The translations under genes and the position numbers were made by a program. A stretch of 64,000 bases of DNA from Paraphysomonas bandaiensis (taxonomy: Eukaryota; Protista; Chrysophyceae): the NCBI GenBank assembly GCA_965644295.1, contig CBFFRP010000277.1, positions 1 to 64,000 on the forward strand, given 5' to 3'. The notes beneath the pieces are model-generated. The model did no database searches and had not been told where the DNA came from. It saw only the letters and a list, made by a program, of their open reading frames with translations. Positions 63,934 through 64,000 of this stretch are shown here, in pieces (the first letter of the stretch is position 1; each line of letters starts with the position of its first letter).

Positions 63934-64000
63934 ACCATCTCACTATACACCACTTTACCATCTCACTAAACACCACTATACCATCTCAAAATACACCCAC
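63934..64000 (+). repeat. 23-bp minisatellite, ~3 copies, running to the window end
   Basis: ACCATCTCACTATACACCACTTT-type units at 63934, 63957 and 63980. Confidence 0.85.

Noticed and set aside
63934-64000. Telomeric repeat at the window end
   Set aside because: The 23-bp degenerate units do not match TTAGGG/TTTAGGG-type telomeres, so it is called a minisatellite.

Overview
Compact eukaryotic nuclear DNA with short (~40-60 nt) GT-AG introns and the standard genetic code. Gene content and formin architecture point to a stramenopile, probably an ochrophyte/chrysophyte-like protist (inference). About 17 protein genes: Gly-rich multi-TM protein, giant formin with a 10 x 252-bp repeat, TPT-family transporter, sulfotransferase, myosin, FHA-RING E3, GWT1/PIG-W, ankyrin protein, MRH-EGF receptor, calnexin, non-specific phospholipase C, Maf, FG-GAP protein, DPBB protein, kelch protein, Sm D2, and two hypotheticals. 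Also present are two Ty1/copia relics and a small MITE. The main unexplained signal is a dispersed non-LTR-retrotransposon-like family with 7 copies on both strands. The copies share a 3' tail (...AGACATT + short repeats), six carry all or part of a ~65-nt structured 3' RNA core (GNRA loop that varies GCGA/GUAA, AC bulge), and most are flanked by long direct repeats (12, 14, ~35-45, a perfect 71, and possibly ~120 bp). Two copies of ~430-505 bp share the same 5' end, which folds with HDV-ribozyme-like topology, suggesting non-autonomous ribozyme-headed elements. Other highlights are a Spo12-motif/Maf fusion and a formin lacking FH1 with two beta-barrel-like repeats inserted in FH2. All family assignments are by motif recognition; no searches were run.
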